From NCBI GenBank assembly GCA_019057865.1, contig JAHLWP010000024.1, positions 1-61,242 of the forward strand: a DNA stretch of 61,242 bases, in the 5' to 3' direction. This document shows positions 11,018 to 21,369 of the stretch, in pieces. A program made the position numbers and the translations under genes. This DNA comes from Promethearchaeota archaeon. GTDB lineage: Archaea; Asgardarchaeota; Lokiarchaeia; Sigyniarchaeales; SOKP01. Within the stretch, counting starts at the first letter, position 1, and every line of letters begins with the position of its first letter. The notes under the pieces were generated by a model. The model was given only the letters and a program-made list of their open reading frames with translations, was not told where the DNA came from and did no database searches.

Positions 11018-11185
11018 AATAATTATTTTTTTTTGTATATCTTGTAGATATTTTTTATTTATAATAGTATATTTTATAGGTAATATAAAAAAATATTTAC
11101 CTACATGAAATTAGAGTTAATACACCATATATTAAAATTTTCATATGATTGAAAAATTAAAGTTTGTATTATTAATGAGGTAATA

Positions 11186-12088
11186 TTGAGAACTCTTTTT
11201 TACAAAGCTTCTTTAATATTTCTAATTATTTATATGGTGAATTTTTTGAAGTTTGGGTTATATATGCCAAATTATGGTAAAATTTTTGGATATGCAAGGA
11301 ATCTAGCAGAGATAGCAAAAGAAGCTGAAGATGTGGGATGGGATGGTTTTTTTATTTTTGATCATATATTAGTAGATAAAGAGGGAAAATACCCTATCGT
11401 AGATCCTTGGGTAGCATTGTCAGCTATTGCGATGAATACAAAAAATATTCAATTTGGTACAACAGTGACACCCTTGCCTCGTAGAAGGCCTTGGAAATTA
11501 GCCCGTGAAACCGTTTCAATCGATCATTTATCGAATGGAAGACTCATTTTAAGTGTTGGACTTGGTACTCCACCTGATGCAGAGTATGGAGCTTTTGGTG
11601 AAGAAACAGATGCAAAAATCAGAGCACAAATGCTAGATGAAGGTTTAGATGTACTCTTTGGGCTTTGGAGTAGTAAATCCTTCTCCTATGATGGAAAGCA
11701 TTACAAGATAAAAAATGTAAAGTTTGTACCTAAACCAATTCAGCAACCAAGAATTACTGTTTGGGGAGCTGGTTATTGGCCAAGTAAAGCACCCTTTATA
11801 AGAGCCGCAAGATTAGATGGTATTTTCCCATTGGGGAAGAGCTCCTATCGAAAATTAATAATTGAAGATTTTAAAGAGATAAAAAATTTTATTTTTAAAT
11901 ATAGAACACTAGATTCTCCTTTTGATATTGTTATGTTAAAAGGAGTTCTGCCTAAAACTAGCCAAAAACCCAATAAAGAAAAAATAAAAGCTTATGAAGA
12001 AGCTGGAATTACTTGGATGATGTTTTATTTAGGTGCTAGTTTAAGCTATGATGATCTTCTTGAGCGTATTAAAAAAGGACCACCCTAA
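11186..12088 (+). CDS. LLM-class (luciferase-like) flavin/F420-dependent oxidoreductase
   Basis: AEDVGWDGFFIFDH, DPWVALSAIA, DHLSNGRLILSVGLG; true start is probably ~15 codons downstream. Confidence 0.92.
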   Translation: MRTLFYKASLIFLIIYMVNFLKFGLYMPNYGKIFGYARNLAEIAKEAEDVGWDGFFIFDHILVDKEGKYPIVDPWVALSAIAMNTKNIQFGTTVTPLPRRRPWKLARETVSIDHLSNGRLILSVGLGTPPDAEYGAFGEETDAKIRAQMLDEGLDVLFGLWSSKSFSYDGKHYKIKNVKFVPKPIQQPRITVWGAGYWPSKAPFIRAARLDGIFPLGKSSYRKLIIEDFKEIKNFIFKYRTLDSPFDIVMLKGVLPKTSQKPNKEKIKAYEEAGITWMMFYLGASLSYDDLLERIKKGPP

Positions 12089-12091
12089 AAA

Positions 12092-13432
12092 TTATCTTTT
12101 AAACTCTTTTTCAATATCTTTAGCGATAAGAAATAATTTATTTAATATACTCTTATTTAATTCTTCTGTTTCAAAAATGAGATGGTTGCAGTCATACTTT
12201 GAAAAATCATCTTCTATTATTTTTATATTAAATATTTTGTCTTCCCATAAGCGTGAGCCAGGATAGGGTGTAGCTACAAAATAGTTTATGATATCATTAT
12301 AACCCAATGGTAATTTTTTTATGAATTCGATTGTTTTATGAACGCTTTTTTCTGTTTCCCCTGGCAAGCCTAATACAAAGTATGCTTGAATAGGGATACC
12401 ATATTCTTTTAAATTGGAAACTCCTTGATAAACATCAATAGGATCTTGAAATTTGAAATTTTTTCTTAGAACTGTTTTACTAGCTGATTCTATGCCAGTA
12501 GCTACAAGTTGACATCCTGCTTCTTTTAATAATTTGGCATCTTCCATAGAAATATTATCTACTCTTAATTCACATCCCCATGGTATCTTTATATGGTTAT
12601 CAATAAACATTTCACAGAAATCTTTAAAAAATTCTTTATCAATGTTGATATTATCATAAAAATTTATATAATTATACGATTGCATTGAAATTATGTCTCT
12701 GATTTCAGTTAGAATAGAATTAATACTTCTAATTCTTACATTCTTAAATAATTTTGTTCTTGAACAAAAGGAACACTGATTTGGGCATCCTCTATTTATA
12801 ATTACATTTGCCACATTATAAAAATATTTATCCTGAGTTAGTTTATAGCGAGCAGGTAGGGGTAAAGATTCAACATCTATAAGTTTATCAGAATATCCCG
12901 TAAATATGAACTTTCCTTTTGGGTTTATATAAGAAATTCCTTTAATAGACTTCAGATCTACTTCAAAATCTTCTATTCTTTTATTTTTCTCTAATTTAAC
13001 TCTTAAAATTTTAATTAACTTTAAGAAAGACGTCTCTGCTTCTCCTACACATATATAATTAATTAATTTTTCAGTTTTGTAATCATTTTCTAAAATTTCT
13101 CTAAAAAGAAAGGAAACATGGGGACCACCTAAAATTATACAATTATTAATATCTTGTTCTTTTATTGTTCTTGCTATTTCAAGAGCTATATTAAACGTAT
13201 TTGTAAGAGATGTTATCCCAAAAATCTTGTAGTTTACAATTTTAGTTTTTATTAATTTTTTTAACTCTACTTTATTCATGTTAATAAATTGCTCAAGATC
13301 CAATATATCAACAGGAATATTATAACTATCCAATACTGCAGCTAAATATAAAATTCCTAAATTAGGTTCTCTGAAAAAATCTGTTTGAATTTCAGAAGGT
13401 TTAGTAGTTTTAGGATTTATTAACAGAATCAT
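12092..13432 (-). CDS. B12-binding radical SAM protein
   Basis: PNLGILYLAA, LGGPH, RGCPNQCSFC, GLPGET. Confidence 0.93.
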   Translation of the reverse strand: MILLINPKTTKPSEIQTDFFREPNLGILYLAAVLDSYNIPVDILDLEQFINMNKVELKKLIKTKIVNYKIFGITSLTNTFNIALEIARTIKEQDINNCIILGGPHVSFLFREILENDYKTEKLINYICVGEAETSFLKLIKILRVKLEKNKRIEDFEVDLKSIKGISYINPKGKFIFTGYSDKLIDVESLPLPARYKLTQDKYFYNVANVIINRGCPNQCSFCSRTKLFKNVRIRSINSILTEIRDIISMQSYNYINFYDNINIDKEFFKDFCEMFIDNHIKIPWGCELRVDNISMEDAKLLKEAGCQLVATGIESASKTVLRKNFKFQDPIDVYQGVSNLKEYGIPIQAYFVLGLPGETEKSVHKTIEFIKKLPLGYNDIINYFVATPYPGSRLWEDKIFNIKIIEDDFSKYDCNHLIFETEELNKSILNKLFLIAKDIEKEFKR

Positions 13433-14232
13433 TTTTGTTGATTTTCTTTATCCTGAGGTAATTGTTTAGGTATATGAAAAGCCTTAATTACATCTTTTAA
13501 ATTACCAGGTTTGCTAAATTTTTCTTCATAAATTACAGGGATTTTTAACTCTAACGATGGAGCCCTATCCTCTCTATCAATATATAACTCAATACCTTGT
13601 ATTTTACGCTCTTTTATAATTAATCTTGTTGAATAATTATGATCCTCAAAAAAAGTAAAGCCATTGTTTAATCGACCCAATTTTTCAGGTCGAATAATTG
13701 TTTTTTTTTCCGTAATAAGAGCTTCTGTAATTTCTTCATCCGTATAAATAGTTCCTCCAATTATTAGAAATCTTCTTATAAGATTTTGAGGTTGAGGAAT
13801 TTCATTAAGATATTCCATTGCTTTATTTAATTTTGGATTCGCTACAATCATAAATGTAGATTGAGTCTCTTGAGTGGGTATTGGAAAATCGCGTTTTTCA
13901 ATAGGTTTTGCTTGACCACCTCCAATAGGTTTTTCTAATATCTCTTGAAATACTTGATGGTCTTCAGAATATAAATTTAAAGTAAATGGTCTAAACCATC
14001 CTTTTAATTGTTTTCGAAACATACCAGCCATTATTCCACCATAAATTTGGAGTCTAAATGGGCTTTTAGGTCCATTATATGTCCAAATTCTCTTAGAATC
14101 ATAGTCAATAAGTAAAAACACTTTTTCACTATTTTTTTCATTAATAATATCTCTAACAGTAGTACCCTCAATAACTGGATTAGTTCCCATAAAAGGAAAT
14201 TCTTTTAACTCAACAACTTCAAATATTTGCAT
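13429..14232 (-). CDS. protein with N-terminal gelsolin-like domain
   Basis: NSEKVFLLIDYDSKRIWTYNGPKS resembles the gelsolin-repeat core (LNS.DVFILD...IFVW.G..S). Confidence 0.55.
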   Translation of the reverse strand: MQIFEVVELKEFPFMGTNPVIEGTTVRDIINEKNSEKVFLLIDYDSKRIWTYNGPKSPFRLQIYGGIMAGMFRKQLKGWFRPFTLNLYSEDHQVFQEILEKPIGGGQAKPIEKRDFPIPTQETQSTFMIVANPKLNKAMEYLNEIPQPQNLIRRFLIIGGTIYTDEEITEALITEKKTIIRPEKLGRLNNGFTFFEDHNYSTRLIIKERKIQGIELYIDREDRAPSLELKIPVIYEEKFSKPGNLKDVIKAFHIPKQLPQDKENQQK

Positions 14233-14407
14233 CGAGAAAGAATTCTTTGATTTTTTATATAATTTAATAGGATACTTCCCTTAAAATAAATTTCATCATT
14301 TTTTTATATTCTATAAATAAATCTGAATATTTGCATTTCATAAAATTTTTATGAAAATAAACATTTTTCATATCAATTTAGCTCTTTTAAGTTCTATATG
14401 ATGTATT

Positions 14408-14812
14408 ATGTCTTCTGAGAAACTAGTATATAGATTAAACATAAGTGGCGGGAATGAAGGTCCAGGTTCTGGATTGTCTAAATTAATTGAGATAGATGAG
14501 AAAAAGTTCAGACCATTTGAAGGAAAAAAGATTGGCGATATTGTAAAAGGTGGTCTCATAGGTTTTGCAAATTACGAATTTAAAATTACAGGTGGTTCTG
14601 ACTCTTCAGGGTTCCCGATGAGAAAAGATGTACATGGACCTGTAAAGAAAAGAATATTAGTTTCAAAAAGAGGAATAGGGTATAAGCCACGAAGAAAGGG
14701 TGAAAAACGGCGTAAAACTGTACGTGGTAATGAAATAACTTTCAATATGACGTTGATAAATTTAAAAGTTATAAAGTATGGAGAATCAGAATTATTTAAG
14801 AAAGTGGAGTAA
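14408..14812 (+). CDS. rps6e: 30S ribosomal protein S6e
   Basis: YEFKITGGSDSSGFPMRKDVHG, GEKRRKTVRGN. Confidence 0.97.
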   Translation: MSSEKLVYRLNISGGNEGPGSGLSKLIEIDEKKFRPFEGKKIGDIVKGGLIGFANYEFKITGGSDSSGFPMRKDVHGPVKKRILVSKRGIGYKPRRKGEKRRKTVRGNEITFNMTLINLKVIKYGESELFKKVE

Positions 14813-14817
14813 TAGAG

Positions 14818-15000
14818 ATGGTAAAGGTAAAAAAGTGTAGTTTTTGTGGCTATGATATTCCAATTGGTCGTGGAGTTATGTTTATCAGAAGAGATGGCAC
14901 TATTTTAAATTTTTGTACTAATAAGTGTAGAAAATCAATGCTAAAATATAAGAAGAATCCCCGTAAAACGCGTTGGACAGCACATTATGGGAAACAATAG
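14818..15000 (+). CDS. rpl24e: 50S ribosomal protein L24e
   Basis: CSFCGYDIPIGRGVMFIRRDG..FCTNKC, NPRKTRWT. Confidence 0.96.
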   Translation: MVKVKKCSFCGYDIPIGRGVMFIRRDGTILNFCTNKCRKSMLKYKKNPRKTRWTAHYGKQ

Positions 15001-15049
15001 GATCTACTTTTTCTAGTTGAGATTAGTATAATTTAAAAAGAATAAATTT

Positions 15050-15250
15050 TTATTGCAACCTCGAAAACTTAAGGAGATCATCGATCAAGTCAACATGGCT
15101 AACCACCATTCTTTTGCAACAGAATCTTTCAATACCTAACTGTTTAAAAGCATCTTCAGAGCTCTCGCCCTTCTCTAGCATCTCCAGATAAGGCTTGTAA
15201 ATGTGAGCTATGAGCTTACCACAGGAGAAGCATCTTATGGGAATAATCAT
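15050..15250 (-). CDS. rpoN: DNA-directed RNA polymerase subunit N (Rpo10)
   Basis: MIIPIRCFSCGK...RFCCKRM. Confidence 0.97.
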   Translation of the reverse strand: MIIPIRCFSCGKLIAHIYKPYLEMLEKGESSEDAFKQLGIERFCCKRMVVSHVDLIDDLLKFSRLQ

Positions 15251-15418
15251 TATAAGAAAATAAAAGAACCATATTAAAAAAATTTTATCATTAAAACACG
15301 CTCTTTATTGCTGTTAATTTTTATTCTAAATCAAAAATTTTATTTACAATCCTTTACTATTGTTCTCATTGTAAATCGATGATTTATGATAATATATTAA
15401 AAATATTATATATTTGAA

Positions 15419-15424
15419 GGAGGT
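15419..15424 (+). promoter_or_regulatory. Shine-Dalgarno site of rpl7ae
   Basis: GGAGGT ending 7 nt before the in-frame ATA at 15432. Confidence 0.7.
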
Positions 15425-15431
15425 TTGATTT

Positions 15432-15806
15432 ATAATTTCATATATTAATTTTAAAATTCCAGATGCCCTCAAGAATCAAATAAAAACTGCTATAAATACC
15501 ATCTCTGAAACACGAGATTCAAAAATTAGAAAGGGAATGAATGAAGTAACAAAATCAATCGAAAGAGCCCAAGCAAAGTTTGTTGTAATGGCAGAAGATG
15601 TTAGCCCACCAGAAATATTATTTCATGTACCTCTATTATGTGAAGAAAAGGGAATACCTTACGGATATATCTCTACAAAAAAAGAACTTGGGAATGCTTC
15701 GAGAATAAATATAGGATCTAGTGCGATTGCCATCGAATCTTTTGGCACAGGAAATGAAAATGTTTTGGATGACATCTTAAAAAAGCTTGAAAGTTTAAAA
15801 AAGTAA
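15432..15806 (+). CDS. rpl7ae: 50S ribosomal protein L7Ae (start extended upstream of the ORF call; non-AUG start)
   Basis: KIRKGMNEVTKSIER, AEDVSPPEILFHVPLLCEEKGIPY; frame is open to 15429 with an L7Ae-like N-terminus SYINFKIPDAL. Confidence 0.93.
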   Translation: MISYINFKIPDALKNQIKTAINTISETRDSKIRKGMNEVTKSIERAQAKFVVMAEDVSPPEILFHVPLLCEEKGIPYGYISTKKELGNASRINIGSSAIAIESFGTGNENVLDDILKKLESLKK

Positions 15807-15813
15807 TAGGTGA

Positions 15814-16059
15814 TTGTTTTTGGTTAAGCTAGATAAAAGTGTGCAACAACAGGACAAATCAATTCCCGCTCAAGTAATTCAAATTGTTGGTCGTACCGGA
15901 CTTACAGGAGAAATAAGCCAAATAAAAGTACGGATACTTGAGGGTCCTGACAAGAATAGAATCTTGACTCGCAATGTGAAGGGTCCAATTAGAATCGATG
16001 ATATAGTTATATTAAGAGAAGTCGAGCGTGAAGCACGTAAAATTCGAGGACGTCGATAA
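15814..16059 (+). CDS. rps28e: 30S ribosomal protein S28e
   Basis: [22 protein letters not shown]...[19 protein letters not shown]. Confidence 0.97.
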   Translation: MFLVKLDKSVQQQDKSIPAQVIQIVGRTGLTGEISQIKVRILEGPDKNRILTRNVKGPIRIDDIVILREVEREARKIRGRR

Positions 16060-16177
16060 AACTTTTTTTAGTAACAGGATTTTTAAATTCTTTAGATTAA
16101 ATTAATTTATTTCCTTAAGATTTCTAATTATCATTTTATTTATTCCTTATCAAATAACATCAATTTACTAATATAAT

Positions 16178-17134
16178 ATGTCTTTAAAGGATGTTGAAGA
16201 AGCTTATCTCAGAATAAAAAGTGTTATTAATAGAACTCCAGTCATGACCTCGCGGATGCTTTGGCAGATTACTAAAGCATCAGTATACTTAAAATGTGAG
16301 AATTTCCAGCGAGCAGGATCATTCAAATTCAGGGGAGCTTTTAATACAATTTGTCAACTTTCATCTAAGCAGAAAAAAAGAGGAATAATTACTCATTCAA
16401 GTGGAAATCATGCTCAAGCAGTTGCATTAGCGGCTTCAATATTAGATATTCCAGCAACTATCGTCATGCCAAAAGATGCACCTATTATAAAAGTTAATGC
16501 CACTAAAGGGTATGGTGCCAATGTTGTATTTTGTGACAATTCATTAGAAAGTCGAGTTTCTACCACTAAAAAATTAATAACTGAAAAAAATTTAGTATTA
16601 GTTCATCCATATGACAATGAAAGTGTTATTTATGGTCAAGGAACTGCAGTATATGAATTAATTAAAGAAGTAGGGGATTTAGATATGGTTATTGCTCCAC
16701 TTGGAGGAGGAGGGTTATTAAGCGGAACTGCAATCGCGACAAAAGGGTTATGTTCAAAAGCGAAGGTTTACGGAGTTGAACCCTCTATAGCAGATGATGC
16801 TTATCGATCTATTCAAGCAGGCTATATTATTCCAAGTATATATCCGGAAACCATTGCAGATGGATTGCGTACATCTCTATGCGAAAGAACTTTTAAGATA
16901 ATTCAAAAATATGTTGATGAGATTGTTACAGTATCAGAACTTGAAATTTTAAATGGCATGAGATTTATTTGGGAAAAAATGAAACTTGTTGTTGAACCAT
17001 CAGGAGCAGTACCAGTAGCTATTTTACTTTCCAATAAAATTGAAACAAAGAATAAGAAAATTGGAGTAATAATTAGTGGGGGGAATATTGTATTAGATGA
17101 ATTTTTTCAGCAATTAGAAAAGAACTTAATATAA
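16178..17134 (+). CDS. PLP-dependent threonine/serine dehydratase family protein
   Basis: KCENFQRAGSFKFRGA, SSGNHAQ, GGGGLLSG, SGGN. Confidence 0.93.
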   Translation: MSLKDVEEAYLRIKSVINRTPVMTSRMLWQITKASVYLKCENFQRAGSFKFRGAFNTICQLSSKQKKRGIITHSSGNHAQAVALAASILDIPATIVMPKDAPIIKVNATKGYGANVVFCDNSLESRVSTTKKLITEKNLVLVHPYDNESVIYGQGTAVYELIKEVGDLDMVIAPLGGGGLLSGTAIATKGLCSKAKVYGVEPSIADDAYRSIQAGYIIPSIYPETIADGLRTSLCERTFKIIQKYVDEIVTVSELEILNGMRFIWEKMKLVVEPSGAVPVAILLSNKIETKNKKIGVIISGGNIVLDEFFQQLEKNLI

Positions 17135-17169
17135 ATAGAAAGATATTAATAATGAAAAAAGGATCTTTT

Positions 17170-17379
17170 TTACAAATTTTCCTCAAAAAAATCTAACAAC
17201 TTCAAATTATCATACTCTTTATGTAAAAATTCTCTAAGAGCAGTTCTAATTGCCTCTGAGCGAGATGGCATCAGATTCATTTTAATTAGTTTTTGAATAT
17301 TTTTATCATATATATCTGGGATATTTATAGTTATATTGACCATTTTACGTTTTTTTTTCTTTTTCTTGTCCTCTGTCAT
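17170..17379 (-). CDS. ribbon-helix-helix DNA-binding protein
   Basis: NITINIP...SRSEAIRTALREFL. Confidence 0.85.
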   Translation of the reverse strand: MTEDKKKKKKRKMVNITINIPDIYDKNIQKLIKMNLMPSRSEAIRTALREFLHKEYDNLKLLDFFEENL

Positions 17380-17736
17380 GTAGCTTACACAAACTTATTT
17401 AACTTTAAGAAAACTATAAAAAGTGGAGTCCTAATTAGACAAAAATCACTCTGCCCTTAACAACACTCTATTCTTGGCTATGATATATTAAGTAAAACTT
17501 ATTTATATACTTATGTTGTTTATAAATGAACGCTAAATCGATGTAAATATTTTTTATACCTTTATTATATATTTGAACGATTATAACAATTACTTTTAAT
17601 CCAATTGAACATATTTTATTTTTACTTCAAACCATACCTTAAAGAAGAGTTACCATCTAATTAAGAAAATGATAGGATTCAAAATATAAACTTCATTATT
17701 TCTATTAGCTTAATTGAATAGTAGAAGCGATTATAA

Positions 17737-18288
17737 ATGGAAAAAAAATTAAGTATCTTGGATATAATTAAGTCCAGAAGAAGCACACGCAGATTCAAAA
17801 CAGATATGGTACCTGATGAAGATTTAAATGCGGTATTAGAAGCAGGTCGATGGGCACCTTCTGCTGACAATAAACAACCCTGGAAATTTATCGTGATAAA
17901 AAATAGGGAGATTATGGTGAAAATTGTTGAATTATCACCTTTAAAAGGATTCCACGCATTTCTTAGAAATGGACCAGTATTAATTGCAATTTTAGTAAAT
18001 TCTAAAAGATCAAAATGGGTAGTTTTAGATGGAGCTATTTGCGCTCAGAATTTAATGTTAGAAGCTTGGGCCCGGGGATTAGGTACGTGTTTTTCATCAT
18101 GGTACCCCACAATGCCTTCTTCAATTGCAAAAGAAGTTAAAGAATTGTTAGGTATTCCAGATAATTGGATTATTATTACATTTACGCCATTGGGTTATCC
18201 TGTTGACGATCCTGAGCGAGCATATATACTCCCCGCTAAAAGAAAACCATTAGAAAGACTGGTGTGTTATGAAAAATTTGAAGGATAA
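17737..18288 (+). CDS. nitroreductase family protein
   Basis: RRSTRRF, WAPSADNKQPWKF, QNLMLEAWARGLGTC. Confidence 0.93.
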   Translation: MEKKLSILDIIKSRRSTRRFKTDMVPDEDLNAVLEAGRWAPSADNKQPWKFIVIKNREIMVKIVELSPLKGFHAFLRNGPVLIAILVNSKRSKWVVLDGAICAQNLMLEAWARGLGTCFSSWYPTMPSSIAKEVKELLGIPDNWIIITFTPLGYPVDDPERAYILPAKRKPLERLVCYEKFEG

Positions 18289-18299
18289 GTTTATCTTTA

Positions 18300-18980
18300 T
18301 TACAATCTTTCTTCCGATTTTACGTATCTGCCGCGCGTTTCAATGGCAGTAATATTCTTTATTATCATATTATATACATTTAAGTCTTCTTTATCATATT
18401 CTGACTTATATCCTTCGAGAAAAGCTTTAAAACAAAATTCATAATCTTTTCCGTGAGATGAAATCAAAACTCTCTTAAAAAGGTGGAGATCAACACTTTT
18501 ATCTTCTATTGTGTCGGAATATTCATGTAAACCAAAATCTATTAAAAAAATGTCTTCATTTTGAGTTATTATAATGTTGCTAGTGGTAATATCACCATGG
18601 ATATGCCCATTTTTATGAAGTAATGCAATATCACGACCAATCTTCTTAAAATATTCTTGTTTTTTATTATCATTTAAAGAATTCAAAATATCTTTCAATT
18701 TTTCACCTTTTATATATTTCATCACAATTGTAGAATTTTTAGTATCAATCTCATAGACTTGTGGGACATTTAATCCAAAATTTTTCACAGTAATCAAAGC
18801 ACGAGATTCATTCATTGTTCTCATAGTTCTAATCTTCTTATCTAATTCTTCTAATCGATACTTTTTAGGAATTCGATATTTAAAGAACACTTCTTTATTA
18901 AACCAATGTCCATAGTAGAGGTTTGCCTCAGCTCCCTTGTGTATAAGTTTTTCTTTTATAATTTCTGAATTTGACATCAT
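18300..18980 (-). CDS. bud32: KEOPS kinase Bud32
   Basis: KGAEA, HGDITTSN, IDFGL, VDLHLFKR, RGRY; adjacent to kae1. Confidence 0.95.
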   Translation of the reverse strand: MMSNSEIIKEKLIHKGAEANLYYGHWFNKEVFFKYRIPKKYRLEELDKKIRTMRTMNESRALITVKNFGLNVPQVYEIDTKNSTIVMKYIKGEKLKDILNSLNDNKKQEYFKKIGRDIALLHKNGHIHGDITTSNIIITQNEDIFLIDFGLHEYSDTIEDKSVDLHLFKRVLISSHGKDYEFCFKAFLEGYKSEYDKEDLNVYNMIIKNITAIETRGRYVKSEERL

Positions 18981-19994
18981 TTAAATCCTCCACGGAATAG
19001 TTATTTGATCCATACGTTCTTTCGGATTAATAATGGTTTCAGAAATATCATGACCTCCTATTGAATTATACCTTAAAATTCCTGTCCACCCTATCATTGC
19101 ACCATTATCTCCTGCATATTTTAATGGAACTACTTCAAATCTCGCATTATGTTCTTTACTGATATATTCAATCATTTGTTGGAGTTTTTTATTAGCAGCA
19201 ACTCCCCCAGTTAATAGAACTTCCGTCTTCTCTGTATGGGCTAAAGCTCTTTCAGTAACTTCAGTTAACATTGCAAAAGTAGTTTCTTGTAATGAATTTG
19301 CAACATCGTTTAAGTTATATTTTTTATTAAAATCTTCAGATTCAATTAATCTTTTTGCAGCTGTATAAATGCCAGAAAAAGATAGATCCATTCCTTTTAC
19401 TACATAAGGTAGTGGTAGATATTTATTTGACTTCTGAGCTAATTCTTCTATCTTAGGTCCTCCTGGATGAGATAATCCAGCATCTCGGGCAAATGAATCA
19501 ATCATATTCCCAATCGCTAAATCTAATGTTTCTCCAAAAATTTGATATCTACTAGATTCAAATGCACTTACTATAGTATTTCCTCCAGAAACATATAAAG
19601 TTAGTGGATCTTTAATATTACACATCAAACGCCCTATTTCTATGTGAGCAATACAATGGTTTACACCAACAATTGGGATTTTTAAAATTTGACTTAACAT
19701 CCGAGTAACCAATGCACCAATTTTTAATACTGGACCTAATCCAGGGCTTTGACTAAATGCAATCAAATTAATATCCTTAATTGAGATCCTTGCTTCAGTA
19801 AGAGCTTTTATTATTGTGTTCATAAAATTGTTAAGATGGTGTTCTCTTACTAAAAAGGGATGAAGTCCCCCTTTTTCAGGTATATATATATCATTTACAA
19901 GACTATGAACTTTCCCATCAAAATCAACGATCCCCACACTGAATGTGTGGGCTGTAGATTCAATTCCGAGAACTATCTCCCGAATTTGACACAC
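18981..19994 (-). CDS. kae1: KEOPS t6A synthase Kae1
   Basis: LGIESTAHT, VNHCIAHIEIG, YVSGGNT, GDNGAMI. Confidence 0.97.
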   Translation of the reverse strand: MCQIREIVLGIESTAHTFSVGIVDFDGKVHSLVNDIYIPEKGGLHPFLVREHHLNNFMNTIIKALTEARISIKDINLIAFSQSPGLGPVLKIGALVTRMLSQILKIPIVGVNHCIAHIEIGRLMCNIKDPLTLYVSGGNTIVSAFESSRYQIFGETLDLAIGNMIDSFARDAGLSHPGGPKIEELAQKSNKYLPLPYVVKGMDLSFSGIYTAAKRLIESEDFNKKYNLNDVANSLQETTFAMLTEVTERALAHTEKTEVLLTGGVAANKKLQQMIEYISKEHNARFEVVPLKYAGDNGAMIGWTGILRYNSIGGHDISETIINPKERMDQITIPWRI

Positions 19995-20071
19995 CTCTAA
20001 CCTAATTATTTAAAAAGAAAGAATTATACGAACTTTATAGAAACTATTTTTGTTATTTTTAAAAGTTTAAT

Positions 20072-20323
20072 TTAACTATCCATTGATTTAACACGCTTTC
20101 GAGGGGTTCTCCTTGCTACTTTTACTTTTCCTTTAGCTCCTGCGGCAGCTTTTTTCCCTTTCCTCTTAAAAACTGTATAAGCGCAATGCCCGCAGACCCA
20201 TCTATCGTAATGATCTGCTAGGAAATAACTTGGACCACATTTTGGACATGATCTATGAGTTCTAACTAACTTATCTCCTTCAATTTTATAAAATTTTGAT
20301 ATATCTGTCATTTTTTTAATCAT
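20072..20323 (-). CDS. rps27ae: 30S ribosomal protein S27ae
   Basis: CPKCGPSYFLADHYDRWVCGHC. Confidence 0.95.
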   Translation of the reverse strand: MIKKMTDISKFYKIEGDKLVRTHRSCPKCGPSYFLADHYDRWVCGHCAYTVFKRKGKKAAAGAKGKVKVARRTPRKRVKSMDS

Positions 20324-20331
20324 TATATTAA

Positions 20332-20688
20332 TTATTCATATTCAAAAAGATGTTTGTATGGTTCATTTCTCTTTTTTAATTTATAGATTTCTGTTCTTTT
20401 CTCTTTATCAAGATTGCGAACTTGAATATGAAAAGGTTCAAAAAATTGAAGCTCTTTTGCATTTTCATATATATTTACTTTTCCTATAGCGTACGATGCC
20501 CCAAAATGTGTCTTTAATTCTTTTATTATCGTAAGATTTTCCTTTGATTTCTTCATGGTAGTAATCTTCTTCTTTACATCTAATCTATTTGGTGTACCAG
20601 CTGCAAAATGATCTACTCGAAATTTGATTTCAACTCTGTCTATTAAGGGATTTTTCTTTTCTTCCAATATTTCTATAGTATATGGCAT
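20332..20688 (-). CDS. rps24e: 30S ribosomal protein S24e
   Basis: KNPLIDRVEI...GTPNR...THFG; conserved operon position. Confidence 0.93.
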   Translation of the reverse strand: MPYTIEILEEKKNPLIDRVEIKFRVDHFAAGTPNRLDVKKKITTMKKSKENLTIIKELKTHFGASYAIGKVNIYENAKELQFFEPFHIQVRNLDKEKRTEIYKLKKRNEPYKHLFEYE

Positions 20689-20781
20689 TTTGAACTTCTC
20701 ATTTTTCGGAAAATTTAGAGATTAATCTATAGTTATAAAATTTAAAAGAAAAGATAAAAAATAAAATTTTTGTTTTATTCT

Positions 20782-21369
20782 CTAAAACTTTTCCATTAAT
20801 TTGATTGTGTCTTTCACTTGATTTTGAATTTTCTCATCCACATCCACAATTACAATGCCCTCTGGAATTGTAAATTTTGAATCTGTTATTGGAGGTTGCC
20901 CGTAAAAAACAAAATTTTTAACTTGCTCTTTTATAGGAAGTCCTAATACAAGTGGTAGAACTAATAAATCTTCTTCTCCTTCTGTTATTTTAATTAAAGT
21001 TCTTTTATCAGAAACAATAATTGATTTAAAAAGATCCCAACTTTCTTTCTGGATTGTTCCTTTAGGATTTTGAAATTCAATGATTTCTTCAAAGAATCCT
21101 TTAAAATTTATCTCAATCTGATTTCTCTGAGTTTTTTCATCGATAATACAAACTTTAATGAAAGATTTTAAAAACTTATTAGCAAAAAAATCCTTTGCTA
21201 CTATATCTCCTACTATATAAAAATTAGGATTTTTATTGGTTTTTAAAAACTCTCTAAAAATGTCTTCTACCTGAATAAGTGTTTCATCCCGTGTTCCAGC
21301 AATTAAAATATCTAAAGGTTCAGCAAACTTAAATCTTAAATTTTCAGGTACTTTTAAATTATAATCCAT
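20782..21369 (-). CDS. GTP-dependent dephospho-CoA kinase family (DUF359)
   Basis: VGDIV, IIDEKTQR, NPKGTI, GEEDLL, YGQP; lies between spt4 and rps24e. Confidence 0.9.
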   Translation of the reverse strand: MDYNLKVPENLRFKFAEPLDILIAGTRDETLIQVEDIFREFLKTNKNPNFYIVGDIVAKDFFANKFLKSFIKVCIIDEKTQRNQIEINFKGFFEEIIEFQNPKGTIQKESWDLFKSIIVSDKRTLIKITEGEEDLLVLPLVLGLPIKEQVKNFVFYGQPPITDSKFTIPEGIVIVDVDEKIQNQVKDTIKLMEKF

